Virus record (IMG/VR): IMGVR_UViG_3300012953_000014
Span: 32,001 to 96,000 of that record
Strand: one strand, 5' to 3'
DNA length: 64,000 bases
Source of the DNA: a virus
The notes below the pieces were generated by a model. It did not search any database. It worked only from the letters and a program-made list of their open reading frames with translations, and was not told the origin of the DNA. A program made the translations under genes and the position numbers. Shown here piece after piece: positions 18,873-28,936 of this stretch (position 1 is the first letter of the stretch; every line of letters starts with the position of its first letter).

Positions 18873-20468
18873 TCAATATGAACTGTTTGTCATATTTGAG
18901 TTATTCAAATTAATATCATCTTTTGGTTTCTTTGTCAAGCCTATTTTTGGCTTGAACACACCATTTAGTTTTAAGTTAATGAATTCAAGTGTCTGGGCAG
19001 AGCCCTTAAATTTATGCAAGTCCTTGATTCTGGTCATAAACTCGTTATATGTTTGCATGGAGGGCTCCCACTCAATTTCTGCGGCTCTGATTTCGGCATA
19101 AAATTTTAACCAATAATCTGGCGGGTATTTCATCGAAACTTTTTCTAAGTCTGTTGGCGATCTTCTGATTACTGTTGTTATGGACCTCTCCTTCTTAGTA
19201 CAATATTCTTTTATAGTGACAGTTGGGTTTGTATTTACATAAGCATTGTAAAATCTTATAACGTTGTCTCTCAAACTGTCAACATCACTTGAATATGCCC
19301 TATTATAATACCTTTTAAACAGATTGTCAACAGAAAGTGGTGGAATTGATGAATAAAGTTCTACTTCTTTTTTGTAATCATTTATAACATTAGCATAATC
19401 TTTTCTGTCTTGTCCGTCGATGACCAATTCCAATACTTCTAGCTCTGGTCCAGCAACGCCTGACCGTTGATATTTTTCATATAAAACACCAGTTGTGGAA
19501 GGGTGGTTTTCATAACCTGGAATGGGTGACAGAAACACACGTTTAGCCACAGGATCATACTCTCTGACTCTCATTTTAACTGGTCTTGAGCGATCTGCAT
19601 TCTTGTCAATAATAGTGGGATCAGATAACAGCAATGGAACTTCAACAATGTCTCCGCTGAAATAATCTTGTTTTCTTAATAATGGGGGCTCCGGTGGTCT
19701 TGGGTAGTTTTCCATAAATTTTTGCATGATTGGTGAGCCCAAGTCTGCGACAAGACGCCACGGAGCGTTCTTGTCAACTTTGAAACCATAACGTTGTGCA
19801 GAGTACAGATAAAAATTTATATTTGGATCGTTAATAAAAGAATCATATTTTTCTTGATCATCTCCGCAATCTACATTTTCTAAAATCTCTAACATTAATC
19901 CAGAAGTGAGGGGATCGTTTCTTTTGGATGATATATAACCAACTTTTGTAAACGGGAACCCTGGTACTGATTTTGATAAAAACTTTTTAAACATAATCAT
20001 GAAATCATCAAAGTTGGAAACCTTGTCATCACGTCCTTTTGCCATAAAAGAAGAGTTGAAAGTTTTGTAAAGAACATCAGACATATAAGATTCATATTGC
20101 TTGTCATGAGAAAACCAACCCTCTTTAGCTTCAAGAGTTACCAAGCTGCTGTTTTTTGTTTTTACTTTACCAACATTAATACCGATATTATAAAAATCAA
20201 CCATATTTTGGAATGCATCAACAACAAAGTTCAAAGCAAAAACATTTTTAGATTGATTATTGAACTGTTTTATATATTGATTTTTTACTGACACTGCATT
20301 TGCGTAGGAATCCATTCTGCCATAAAATGGCTTGTCGTACCACAAATCAATTGGAGTTGGTCGCTTAGTTGGATATTCCCAAGCAGAATCACTATACTCT
20401 TTTCTGTTTACAAAAAGCCTATAAGCACCTTGTTCATTATTTGCTGCTGCCATAACTGTTAACCTCAC
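18873..20468 (-). CDS. Hypothetical protein at the end of the tail operon
   Basis: 531-aa ORF coupled to the upstream tail gene. Confidence 0.6.
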   Translation of the reverse strand: MRLTVMAAANNEQGAYRLFVNRKEYSDSAWEYPTKRPTPIDLWYDKPFYGRMDSYANAVSVKNQYIKQFNNQSKNVFALNFVVDAFQNMVDFYNIGINVGKVKTKNSSLVTLEAKEGWFSHDKQYESYMSDVLYKTFNSSFMAKGRDDKVSNFDDFMIMFKKFLSKSVPGFPFTKVGYISSKRNDPLTSGLMLEILENVDCGDDQEKYDSFINDPNINFYLYSAQRYGFKVDKNAPWRLVADLGSPIMQKFMENYPRPPEPPLLRKQDYFSGDIVEVPLLLSDPTIIDKNADRSRPVKMRVREYDPVAKRVFLSPIPGYENHPSTTGVLYEKYQRSGVAGPELEVLELVIDGQDRKDYANVINDYKKEVELYSSIPPLSVDNLFKRYYNRAYSSDVDSLRDNVIRFYNAYVNTNPTVTIKEYCTKKERSITTVIRRSPTDLEKVSMKYPPDYWLKFYAEIRAAEIEWEPSMQTYNEFMTRIKDLHKFKGSAQTLEFINLKLNGVFKPKIGLTKKPKDDINLNNSNMTNSSY

Positions 20469-23200
20469 TTTCCGCCTTCATCAAGCGGTTGTTTTGCTAT
20501 TATTGCGGTTTCGAGAGCGGTCTTATTTTCATATGGTTTTACCAAAGGTTTTATTACATTTTCAACAGGTGATTCAACCATAGATTTAAATTTTGATATA
20601 ATAGCATTTGTTGCTCGTGTTTCTCTTCCCACGCTTGGATCTGACATTTCTCTGAGATTTTCTGACTTTTGATATGAAATTTTATATGAAGTCGGATTTA
20701 TAGGAGGGGATGGTGATTCATAATGCATCTCCAAGGATGTCTCATAAGAGCCGTTTGAAATGTTATTGCTAACTTTTGTTATGGTGTAGTATCCGCCGAA
20801 GCCAAGCTGAGCATACTTTGATTTTTTACCTATTCCAAATCCTCGTGGATTAATGTTTGTTAACATACCAGGCTTAAATACCGGACACCCTAATGTATTG
20901 ACCTGGGCTGAATACTTGTTGCTGTATAATAAATTTCTTTTTGACGCTTTTTCGTTTTTTTCAATATTTGCTTCTCGAAAACCTGGGATGTCTACTTTTG
21001 AAAAGTTAATATTCTTGACTATTCCTCTATCTTGAGCTATTTCAAAATGAGGAATCCCCATCTTTGAGTCTGTGACAAAATCTCCAGTTAACTGATTGGA
21101 TATTGGACCTGCAAAATACATCATGAAATAATCTCTGGTTTTTGCTGCACTCCTAAAGACATTATAGAAGTCTGGATATGTCATCTTATCTATATCAATT
21201 CGGTTTCTGTCTTTAGCTCCGGAGCGAAACGGATTTTTTTTTGAAGTTGGTAGAGAGAATGTATTAAAACTCATTTTAGTTTTTTGTTTTGCGCCAATCG
21301 GACCATAGATTGGTGGTGCCAACATACCTTGAACTAACTCTGCTGCGACCATCCTGAGAAACTGCTTTAGTGTCAATGTTTCTCTCATTGGTTTAATAAT
21401 GTTCTTTGCAAACCACATGCCAAATAACTTTGTTGATATCGGTATGTCACACAATGGAACGGATGTAACCTCAACTCTGTCGCCTTCAAAATATTCAAAC
21501 ATTTCTATTGGACCCAAAAGAAAGTCAAAATCACTTTTATCAATTTTTCTTTTGTTTCCGTCTCCCAAAAGATTATACCTTCCCTGCTTACCTTCTAACA
21601 CGACATTTATTGCAGCCTCTAAAAGGTCCCCAAAAAAGAAAAAACTAACATATGTTTCTCCGTCTTCTGGTATATCGTCTGCTTTTCTAGCTTCAAAATA
21701 TTTATTTAAGGCAGCTTGACGTTTTATTGTTCCGTCTTCACCATCAAGGGCGGCGGCTTCTATAAATTCTCTATTCAACTCTAAGTTGTCAAACTTGCCC
21801 TTTCTTTCGTTAATATTTTGACCTTCCAAACTTTTGTTCACAACATTTTTGGAGTTTGTTCTTTTTTTGAGTATTTCTTCATTTCGTTCTTCAACAGTTT
21901 TTTTGTCTGTAGCTCTGTCCATTGAAGCAACCCAAGCCTCCACCATTTTTGGGGTAACTGCAATTTGATATATTCTTGCACTTTCCTCAATCTGCTTCAT
22001 TATTCTTCTGTATGATTGTGCTTTTTGTTCATATCTTGCTTCTCTTAAAAGTTTTTCTTGGACTTTTTTTCTAACACTTAAACTTTCTAGTTCTTTGGCT
22101 TCTTTTTGATTGACTTTTGTTAACTCTCTTTGCCCTTCGCCGCTAGACAAAGTTCCCCCGCCAACAAGAACGCCAGTATATTCGTCTGCCATTTGTTGGT
22201 TTGCCGCTTTTCTTTTTTTTGTGGCTTCTGCACCGATTTTTCTTTCGTCTTTTTTTATTTGCTCCACTGTTCTTTTAATAACATCAACAACCTTAACAAG
22301 TGGAGAACCATCTTCAATATATAATAAATCTGCGTTTGCACTATTGAGCATTCGCCCTTCAATTCTGGCAAGATAAGTCAGGTCTAACTCAACAGTTCCG
22401 TCAGCATTTAAGTTTATTGAGTGATCGTTTAGTGATAATATATAAGAGATTCTCTGCCTCTTGATAGCTTCTAAAATGCGCTTATCTTTTGGAGAAAAAA
22501 CAGCATTGCCTGGGTCTTGTGGTACAGACCAGCCAACAGCAAGTTTAATAAGAAAATCTTTATCATGATAAGGAATTTTGCCTGTATCTGCATCCATTCC
22601 AATGTCCGCCTTCTGCGGGTTTTTAAGTTCGCCAGAGGGGGTTACTAAGTCTGCCCATGCGGTCTTGACGGTTTCTCTTTTGCCGTTCAACAATCCTGTT
22701 GTGGACCATTCCCTAAACAGAGCATCCATGCTTTGGAAGAACAAAGACAGATTAACCTTAAATGAGAAGCCTGAGTCTGCTGGTGTTGTTCCTAGATCTT
22801 CCCAGCTCACGTTTTTTAAACCAACTGCCGATCCTCTTGCAAGACGGGATGCTAGTATATCTCCTGTTTTGAACTCACCAGCTTGACTATTTAGGCTGAA
22901 CGGAAGATTGATCTCCATGGAAGTGTCTCCATAAAGTTTCTTCCCAGATTCTTTGTTTTTCTCAGGATATACAACTTTAAAAAGCTCAATATGTGGAATC
23001 AACATTGATGCTTGAGCTGTTGTTATTTTTGAAAAATCGTTTAGTGAACCTTCTGAATATATTTTATTTACCAATGCAGATGGATCACCGGTTATTTGAA
23101 CAAAGTTATTATATTTCTTATCACGGTTTAAATGCAACCATTGTTTATAAAAATCTAATAAGAATGCTTGTTCATTCCATTTTGCATCTGTATTCGCCAT
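20465..23200 (-). CDS. Putative baseplate hub / tail protein
   Basis: Follows the LysM-type gene; C-terminal LG.P..PG..GGYYTITKVSNNISNGSYETSL typical of hub proteins. Confidence 0.55.
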   Translation of the reverse strand: MANTDAKWNEQAFLLDFYKQWLHLNRDKKYNNFVQITGDPSALVNKIYSEGSLNDFSKITTAQASMLIPHIELFKVVYPEKNKESGKKLYGDTSMEINLPFSLNSQAGEFKTGDILASRLARGSAVGLKNVSWEDLGTTPADSGFSFKVNLSLFFQSMDALFREWSTTGLLNGKRETVKTAWADLVTPSGELKNPQKADIGMDADTGKIPYHDKDFLIKLAVGWSVPQDPGNAVFSPKDKRILEAIKRQRISYILSLNDHSINLNADGTVELDLTYLARIEGRMLNSANADLLYIEDGSPLVKVVDVIKRTVEQIKKDERKIGAEATKKRKAANQQMADEYTGVLVGGGTLSSGEGQRELTKVNQKEAKELESLSVRKKVQEKLLREARYEQKAQSYRRIMKQIEESARIYQIAVTPKMVEAWVASMDRATDKKTVEERNEEILKKRTNSKNVVNKSLEGQNINERKGKFDNLELNREFIEAAALDGEDGTIKRQAALNKYFEARKADDIPEDGETYVSFFFFGDLLEAAINVVLEGKQGRYNLLGDGNKRKIDKSDFDFLLGPIEMFEYFEGDRVEVTSVPLCDIPISTKLFGMWFAKNIIKPMRETLTLKQFLRMVAAELVQGMLAPPIYGPIGAKQKTKMSFNTFSLPTSKKNPFRSGAKDRNRIDIDKMTYPDFYNVFRSAAKTRDYFMMYFAGPISNQLTGDFVTDSKMGIPHFEIAQDRGIVKNINFSKVDIPGFREANIEKNEKASKRNLLYSNKYSAQVNTLGCPVFKPGMLTNINPRGFGIGKKSKYAQLGFGGYYTITKVSNNISNGSYETSLEMHYESPSPPINPTSYKISYQKSENLREMSDPSVGRETRATNAIISKFKSMVESPVENVIKPLVKPYENKTALETAIIAKQPLDEGGK

Positions 23201-23201
23201 A

Positions 23202-23540
23202 TCAAACGTCGTAAAAATCTAAAATTCTGTCCAAAGGAAGTGGTACACTGATTGTATCGCCAAGTTGGAAATGAGATTCAGTTGGAGCTTGATTGTACCA
23301 AGCAATAACCCACCATAACTCTGGATCACCATAATAAGTATTTGCAAGTTTATAAAACCTGTCTCCTTGTGACCATATAAGATCTACTGTTTGTAACTCC
23401 TCAAGTTCGCCTTCGGTTGGATATTTTAACTTTGGAGTGAAATACTGAACAATAGATTTTGTGTTTCTATTCTTCAATAGTCTTTTATATATTGAGGCTC
23501 TGTTGCGTCCCTTTTCTCTGCTATCGTATCTTGAAGTCAT
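23202..23540 (-). CDS. LysM/gp53-like baseplate protein
   Basis: GDRFYKLANTYYGDPELWWVIAWYN. Confidence 0.8.
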   Translation of the reverse strand: MTSRYDSREKGRNRASIYKRLLKNRNTKSIVQYFTPKLKYPTEGELEELQTVDLIWSQGDRFYKLANTYYGDPELWWVIAWYNQAPTESHFQLGDTISVPLPLDRILDFYDV

Positions 23541-23574
23541 TAGTCAAAGTATCCTTTCGCTTTGGGTCAACCAT

Positions 23575-24615
23575 TTACAGTCCAATTTTTTCCTTTTCTT
23601 TGTATCCAGGCTCACCAGCTTTGCGGGTGTCTTGCCCTTTCTTGGTAGGTGACTTGGGATAAATGTCCAATATCTCGCTTGAAGTCAGTGTGTCTGCCTT
23701 TATGGTTTCCATTGCATCGCCCTGAACGCCACGAAGGACATTTTTCTTTCGGGCGCTGCCTTTCGCATTTACAGGTTTCTTTTTCTTGTTCTTCCCGGCA
23801 GCTTTCTTGGGCTTAGTCGCGGAGGCAGTTCCTTCGCCGGTTCTTTTAGGTTTTGGGTTTCCTGATAAATCATGCCCTGTCTCGGCTTGAAGTGCTCCCT
23901 GTTCTTCTAATAAATTTATTTCATCGGGTGTGAGCCCTGCTGCCTTTAAATCTTGCTTTATCGCTGCCAACGGTTTGTCATCATAAAACTGTTTTCCGCC
24001 ATATGGAAATTTGTCGTTTCTTGCTTTATTCTTATTCCATCCAAGACGATTTTCGTGCAACACAGTAAACTGACAACTTAGGTTCGCGACTTTTGCAAAA
24101 TGACCATATCCCCTTACAGGCTCTTCGCCCGTGTATAAGACATAAGAACCAACATCAACGTTTGGTGAATAATCGATTCCGCCGAGAAAACCCAACAATC
24201 CACGACCATCGACTGTGTTCTGAATGAGATTTCCAAACTTAATCTCCATCATTGGACTATTTTTCATGGTATTTCCAGAATAAACTGGGTAAAGCATTTG
24301 AATAAGAGCTTGGATTCTTGTTAAGTTTTCTTCAGCCTCAAATTGATTACCTGCTACAACGTCAAAAGAAAAGTTTATAACTCGTCCTGTTTTTTGAAAT
24401 GTTGCAATCGGATCCATTCTGCCATAAACATCTTCAGCATTCCAGTTTGACGTATATTGATCACTAAAATCTGTTATCATTGCCTTGAACTTTGTAGAAT
24501 ATCCAGTTGGCACGTGATAAAAGTCAATAAACTGTAGTCCGTCATTTGCGATGTTGTTTGTCTGGTCTGAGCCGAACGACCTAAACATGTTATTTAACTT
24601 GGGTGTATATGCCAT
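23575..24615 (-). CDS. Putative tail-tube initiator / baseplate protein
   Basis: DQYTSNW..YGRMDP..R.INFSF; lies between the tape measure and LysM genes; Lys-rich tail. Confidence 0.6.
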   Translation of the reverse strand: MAYTPKLNNMFRSFGSDQTNNIANDGLQFIDFYHVPTGYSTKFKAMITDFSDQYTSNWNAEDVYGRMDPIATFQKTGRVINFSFDVVAGNQFEAEENLTRIQALIQMLYPVYSGNTMKNSPMMEIKFGNLIQNTVDGRGLLGFLGGIDYSPNVDVGSYVLYTGEEPVRGYGHFAKVANLSCQFTVLHENRLGWNKNKARNDKFPYGGKQFYDDKPLAAIKQDLKAAGLTPDEINLLEEQGALQAETGHDLSGNPKPKRTGEGTASATKPKKAAGKNKKKKPVNAKGSARKKNVLRGVQGDAMETIKADTLTSSEILDIYPKSPTKKGQDTRKAGEPGYKEKEKIGL

Positions 24616-24631
24616 TGTCTCAAATCTACCT

Positions 24632-26890
24632 TTAAACGACGTTTAAGTCCATTTCCCTCTCTAAACTATTTAGTACCGCTCTTCCAAATTCTCTGTTATT
24701 TATCTTTAAAACGACTGTTGTGTTGCCACTGTTTCCTCCGCCGCCACTACTTGATTGGACACCAGATGGGGCAGCACTGGAAAATGCTGCTGCTGAGGCT
24801 GCTGCGTTTTGCGCGGACATCGCTTTGACCAATGCCGTCGCTCGGTTGATTGTGTCGTCGCCTGCTGCGTTTGCTGCAACAAATGCCTCTTTCAAACTGA
24901 CCATTGCTTGTGTTACGCCAGAAACATTTCCTGTCGCAAGTTTTCCAAGCCCACTTGAAAATAGACCTAATGCTATCAAGTCAGAGCTGCTTATTAATCG
25001 AAGGGCGATTCCGATTGCGCCAATACCTGCTGCGAGCGCAAAAAAGCCCGGACCAACAAGCATCGCTATTCCGGCAGCAGCCAATAATAAACCGGTTATT
25101 GCAGTTAAACCAACAATGACCTCTGTTAAGATTCCACCTGCTGCGGCTTCAGATAAGACACTAAACATGTCGACAAAGCCTTTTACTGCTAAATATATTC
25201 CTGCACCCACCAAAGCAACGCCTGCGCCCACAGCTAACATTGATAGTCCAAGGGTGGCTAATCCAGGTGCTGCTGCTGTAGAAGCTGCGCCTAAAGCTGT
25301 AACACCTCCGCTGGCGGTTTTTGCGCCGAAGCCAAAGGCCGGAAGTAATTTGCCTGCGATGGTTAAAGCGGGACCAAGAGCAAAAACTATAACTTTAAAA
25401 GCCAATGATGCAGCCACAAGAAGCCCTATTGCTGTTGCAGCATTTCTGTTTTCTTCTGCAAACTTAGTCATGGAAGTTATAAAACCTGAAATCTTGTCAA
25501 TCGCTGGCCCCATCGTTATTGCAAAAGATTGCATTAAGAAGTTCAACTTATCCATTACAGAATTAACTGCTGCAATCCTCTCTTCCTTTTGTCTCTCTTT
25601 TGCTATCTGCTCAGCAGACTGGATCGTAAAAAGTTTTGAAGCTTTGGTTAGATCCCCTTGTGTTGCAATGTTTGCAAACATTTGTTTTTCATGTTGGTTC
25701 ATCGCTGAAAAGTTGCGACCAGTTTGCAAGAAACTTTCACGAAGCATCTCAATTCTTTCTGCATCTGTTGCGGTCAAAAGTTCAACACTGTTTAGCAAGT
25801 TTCCACCAAGAACTGCGTTTAGTTGACCTGCCATCATTGCGGCTGATTCAAACGTATTTAGACCTTGTGTGATTGATATCAAATCTCTCATCGCTATGCC
25901 TAAGTTCTTCGACTGAAGGGATAGTTCGGTGAATACTTGTTTTCCAACCACATCACCAAATCTTATAAATATATCTGTCGCTTCAGATATGTTTTGAGCA
26001 ATTTGTTGTGTTGAAACACCAATATCAAGATTTGTGATATCGTCTAATAGTGATGCGGCGGCCTGTGAAGACATTCCAAGACCTTTTGTAAAGGTGTTGA
26101 GTATATCTGCTGAAGTTCCTGCATCAACTCCGAGTTTGTCCAACTTTGACACGAGACCTGTAAGTTGTTTTTGTGTTTCGGCGGATTCGTTTGTAAATGC
26201 CGCCATATTTGTATAAAGTGCGCCCATTGAGGCTGCATTTTCTCTAACACCAATGCCAAACTGTAAATTTCCAGTTGACATTTCATTAATCATTTGATTA
26301 TATCGTCCACCCTCACCAGTTAGTTCGTTAAAACTGGCTGCGGCGGAATCATACATTCCCGCTACGAGAATTGTTGAATCAAGAATGTGATCAAACACAC
26401 CCGCTACTAAATTCGACACGGAAAATGTTTTTTTCAGTTGTTCTGTAAAACTTTTTTGATATTCTTCGTTTTTGCCCAGTAAGTGAAGCCTGTTTGTTAG
26501 TTTGCCGACTATTGTTTCTTCATAACTTGCTTGAAGGCCAAGCATTTCTCCAAAACCTTTGGCAAGCTGCTGAGCATCACCTCTGAGTTCGTTTTGTTTT
26601 TCAATATCTTTATTAGAATCTTGAATAGCACTGCTATTTTCGGCTAATAAATCTTGTATTTCACTATATCTCTTGCTAGCCTTATCTAAACCGATGAGTT
26701 CGATTCTTAATTCTGCATTGGCTTGTTCTCTGGCAGCAACATTTTGTTTAATTAAATTTGAAGTTGTTTGTTCTTGTTCATATCGTTCTTTGGCAAGCTC
26801 AAACGCTTCCTTTTGCAGTTGGAGCGCTTCTTGAAGCCTTGCGAGTTGTTCGGGGCTTGGGGTGTTCCCGTTATCGTTGCCATTAGCCAT
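24632..26890 (-). CDS. Tape measure protein
   Basis: Helical, Ala/Gly-rich, with hydrophobic segments; downstream of the tail chaperone. Confidence 0.8.
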   Translation of the reverse strand: MANGNDNGNTPSPEQLARLQEALQLQKEAFELAKERYEQEQTTSNLIKQNVAAREQANAELRIELIGLDKASKRYSEIQDLLAENSSAIQDSNKDIEKQNELRGDAQQLAKGFGEMLGLQASYEETIVGKLTNRLHLLGKNEEYQKSFTEQLKKTFSVSNLVAGVFDHILDSTILVAGMYDSAAASFNELTGEGGRYNQMINEMSTGNLQFGIGVRENAASMGALYTNMAAFTNESAETQKQLTGLVSKLDKLGVDAGTSADILNTFTKGLGMSSQAAASLLDDITNLDIGVSTQQIAQNISEATDIFIRFGDVVGKQVFTELSLQSKNLGIAMRDLISITQGLNTFESAAMMAGQLNAVLGGNLLNSVELLTATDAERIEMLRESFLQTGRNFSAMNQHEKQMFANIATQGDLTKASKLFTIQSAEQIAKERQKEERIAAVNSVMDKLNFLMQSFAITMGPAIDKISGFITSMTKFAEENRNAATAIGLLVAASLAFKVIVFALGPALTIAGKLLPAFGFGAKTASGGVTALGAASTAAAPGLATLGLSMLAVGAGVALVGAGIYLAVKGFVDMFSVLSEAAAGGILTEVIVGLTAITGLLLAAAGIAMLVGPGFFALAAGIGAIGIALRLISSSDLIALGLFSSGLGKLATGNVSGVTQAMVSLKEAFVAANAAGDDTINRATALVKAMSAQNAAASAAAFSSAAPSGVQSSSGGGGNSGNTTVVLKINNREFGRAVLNSLEREMDLNVV

Positions 26891-26903
26891 GTTTATTTAC
26901 CGT

Positions 26904-27224
26904 TTATTTTATTGGCCATTTAAGACCGGTTTTCCTCTCAAATGATCTTACAGCAGAATCTAACACAGACTTGTTTTTATATGTTCTTGGGTTATCTAAT
27001 CCGTATTTCATATACGAATCCATGTATCTTTTCTCTTTTGATATTGTGCTTGCAAAAGAAGCAACATCGGACTTTGATCCACGAACGGTAACAGGCACTG
27101 ATGAATCACCAAACATTCTTTTCAAAAGCACTTTAGTCCAAAAGCCGAACATTCTAAGCCAACCTTCATCAAGTTGGTTCTTGTTTGTTAAATCTATTAC
27201 AATTGGTGTGAGTTCTTTGTCCAT
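26904..27224 (-). CDS. Hypothetical protein
   Basis: 106-aa ORF with AGGAG RBS and an upstream ACTAATTA element. Confidence 0.7.
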   Translation of the reverse strand: MDKELTPIVIDLTNKNQLDEGWLRMFGFWTKVLLKRMFGDSSVPVTVRGSKSDVASFASTISKEKRYMDSYMKYGLDNPRTYKNKSVLDSAVRSFERKTGLKWPIK

Positions 27225-27264
27225 AATACTTCTCCTAATATATTAATTAGTAACTCAATAAAAT

Positions 27265-27289
27265 AAAAAGCCCTCGCAAGGAGGGCTTG
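27265..27289 (-). terminator. Intrinsic terminator
   Basis: AAGCCCTC-CTTGC-GAGGGCTT then a T-run on the minus strand. Confidence 0.8.
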
Positions 27290-27292
27290 AAA

Positions 27293-27494
27293 TTAGCGGC
27301 TACGAGACTTCCTCATAGCACTATCATATTCTTCTTTTTCGTCTTCAAAGTGTTTTACCAATCTTTTGACGAACCACTCTCTGAGTCCGATGGGCAAGTT
27401 ATAAGCCTCTGTAAAACTCCAACCTCCATGAAACTTTAATATAAAGAATTCTTCATAGAGGTTTTTAGTATACTCATCGGTCAGGCCAAAAAAA
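27293..27494 (-). CDS. Frameshift-extension ORF of the tail chaperone (gpT/gp51-like)
   Basis: Frame GLTDEYTKNLYEEFFILKFHGGWSFTEAYNLPIGLREWFVKRL.. opens at a T7 run and has no ATG/GTG near its 5' end. Confidence 0.75.
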
Positions 27495-28310
27495 GTTGGC
27501 TGAAAACGGAATATTTACTTGTGATACTTGTTCGCATTCTGGACAAGCAAACTCGTGTTTCATATCCACATTTGGAGCGACTTTATCATACATTTTAATC
27601 AAATATGAGGCATCAAATGCGGGCATGACATCAATAAACTTTTCAACCAACCCCCTTTCTGTTTCTCCATTTAGGGAAACAATGAGCATTTTATATTGTT
27701 CTGTCAAAGTTGTGTCTGGTAGTTTCAACTTCTTCCGTTTTTCTGCAACTTGGAAAAGTTTCTTTTCGTCATTTCCATCAAACAGGCGACACTCAACCTC
27801 AACTTGAGATCTTGGTAATGTTACAGTAAATGTTCCATTCTCTGACACTTCAATATCATCTGAAGCTTCTTTAATATTGATTTCCTGCAAATCAAATGAA
27901 TGATCTGTAGTAGCTGTACAGTTTGGGCATGTGACCTTAACATCATAGTTGGGTCCAAATCCGTTAATCCTGCAAGCAACAATGATTGCGTTTCTGTCGC
28001 CAGAATATAAATCATTTACTTTAATGTCTGAATCTACAATTACGTTTTGTAGCATTCGCTCCACTGCAACACCTTTCTTTAATAATGACTTTGATGTTAA
28101 GATATCTGTATCTTTCGCTGTCATGTGTCGAATTTCGATTGAATCCACATTATGAAGTGGATGTCCTTCGGCATAAAACTTACCCCTTGATGGTAAGTCT
28201 ACAAATTCTGTTGGTGTTACAAAGTTGAAAATAGATTCTTTATTATCTACAACTGGTGGTGGCGAATTCTTTGCTTTTTTCGCTTCGAGGCGACCCTCGT
28301 TTCTTGGCAT
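27474..28310 (-). CDS. Tail/baseplate assembly chaperone (gp26-like)
   Basis: VDLPSRG, MTAKDTDIL, two CPxC motifs, ends NFFWP; between tube and tape measure genes. Confidence 0.75.
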   Translation of the reverse strand: MPRNEGRLEAKKAKNSPPPVVDNKESIFNFVTPTEFVDLPSRGKFYAEGHPLHNVDSIEIRHMTAKDTDILTSKSLLKKGVAVERMLQNVIVDSDIKVNDLYSGDRNAIIVACRINGFGPNYDVKVTCPNCTATTDHSFDLQEINIKEASDDIEVSENGTFTVTLPRSQVEVECRLFDGNDEKKLFQVAEKRKKLKLPDTTLTEQYKMLIVSLNGETERGLVEKFIDVMPAFDASYLIKMYDKVAPNVDMKHEFACPECEQVSQVNIPFSANFFWPDR

Positions 28311-28331
28311 ATAAACCTCTTCTTTATATTA

Positions 28332-28892
28332 TTATAATAAGTCAGCAGATACCGCATTAGAAGGTAGCTTGCCGCGACCTTTAAACTGACTAATGGCGTT
28401 ATCATACCGCAAGGTGATTTCAACGTTCAAAAGATCTTCTGAATCATAATCTAAATCACCAAAATTGACATCTTTAATCCATGGATTGTGAAGCTTCCAT
28501 GCTTCGACATTCTTACCTTCAGAATCAATCTGGCGAATGATGACTGAACTCATTGCACCAACAGACAACTCTTTCGAGATTGTGGAGGTAACTCCCTCAC
28601 TCACTGGTGTTCTGTAGCCGGAGGCTTCAAGGATTTCCATCACTGCTGCCGATGCATTATCAACTGGGTCGACAACATCAACAATAGTGAAGTTAACTTC
28701 ATTCCACGTTAGTTTACCAGGATAGTAAAAAGTATGATTCAGGAACTTGTGCTCGCTTTCACTAATCGAGAAAGATGGTTTTGTTACCTTCTTGATTAAA
28801 AAGTTTTTTACTGCTGTATTAGCACCCACAACACTCATCAAAAATCGATAAGATCTCTTTGGTTGTATTTTTGCGTCATTCCAAAATGTCAT
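28332..28892 (-). CDS. Tail tube protein (gp19-like)
   Basis: PKRSYRF, YYPGKLTW, WKL..WIKDVNFGDLDY, ITLRYD; follows the sheath gene. Confidence 0.88.
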   Translation of the reverse strand: MTFWNDAKIQPKRSYRFLMSVVGANTAVKNFLIKKVTKPSFSISESEHKFLNHTFYYPGKLTWNEVNFTIVDVVDPVDNASAAVMEILEASGYRTPVSEGVTSTISKELSVGAMSSVIIRQIDSEGKNVEAWKLHNPWIKDVNFGDLDYDSEDLLNVEITLRYDNAISQFKGRGKLPSNAVSADLL

Positions 28893-28915
28893 ATATTTGT
28901 TCTCCTAGTTATTCT

Positions 28916-28923
28916 TAAATAGT
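28916..28923 (-). promoter_or_regulatory. ACTATTTA putative late promoter (tail tube)
   Basis: Intergenic, sense orientation. Confidence 0.65.
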
Positions 28924-28936
28924 ATCCTTTATACTT

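Noticed and set aside
18910-18938. TTGACA-17-TATTAA promoter ahead of the polymerase gene
   Set aside because: Plausible, but the -10 lacks the conserved final T; too weak to list as a feature
24720-25826. 368-aa plus-strand ORF
   Set aside because: Antisense shadow of the Ala/Gly-rich tape measure gene; no RBS or motifs
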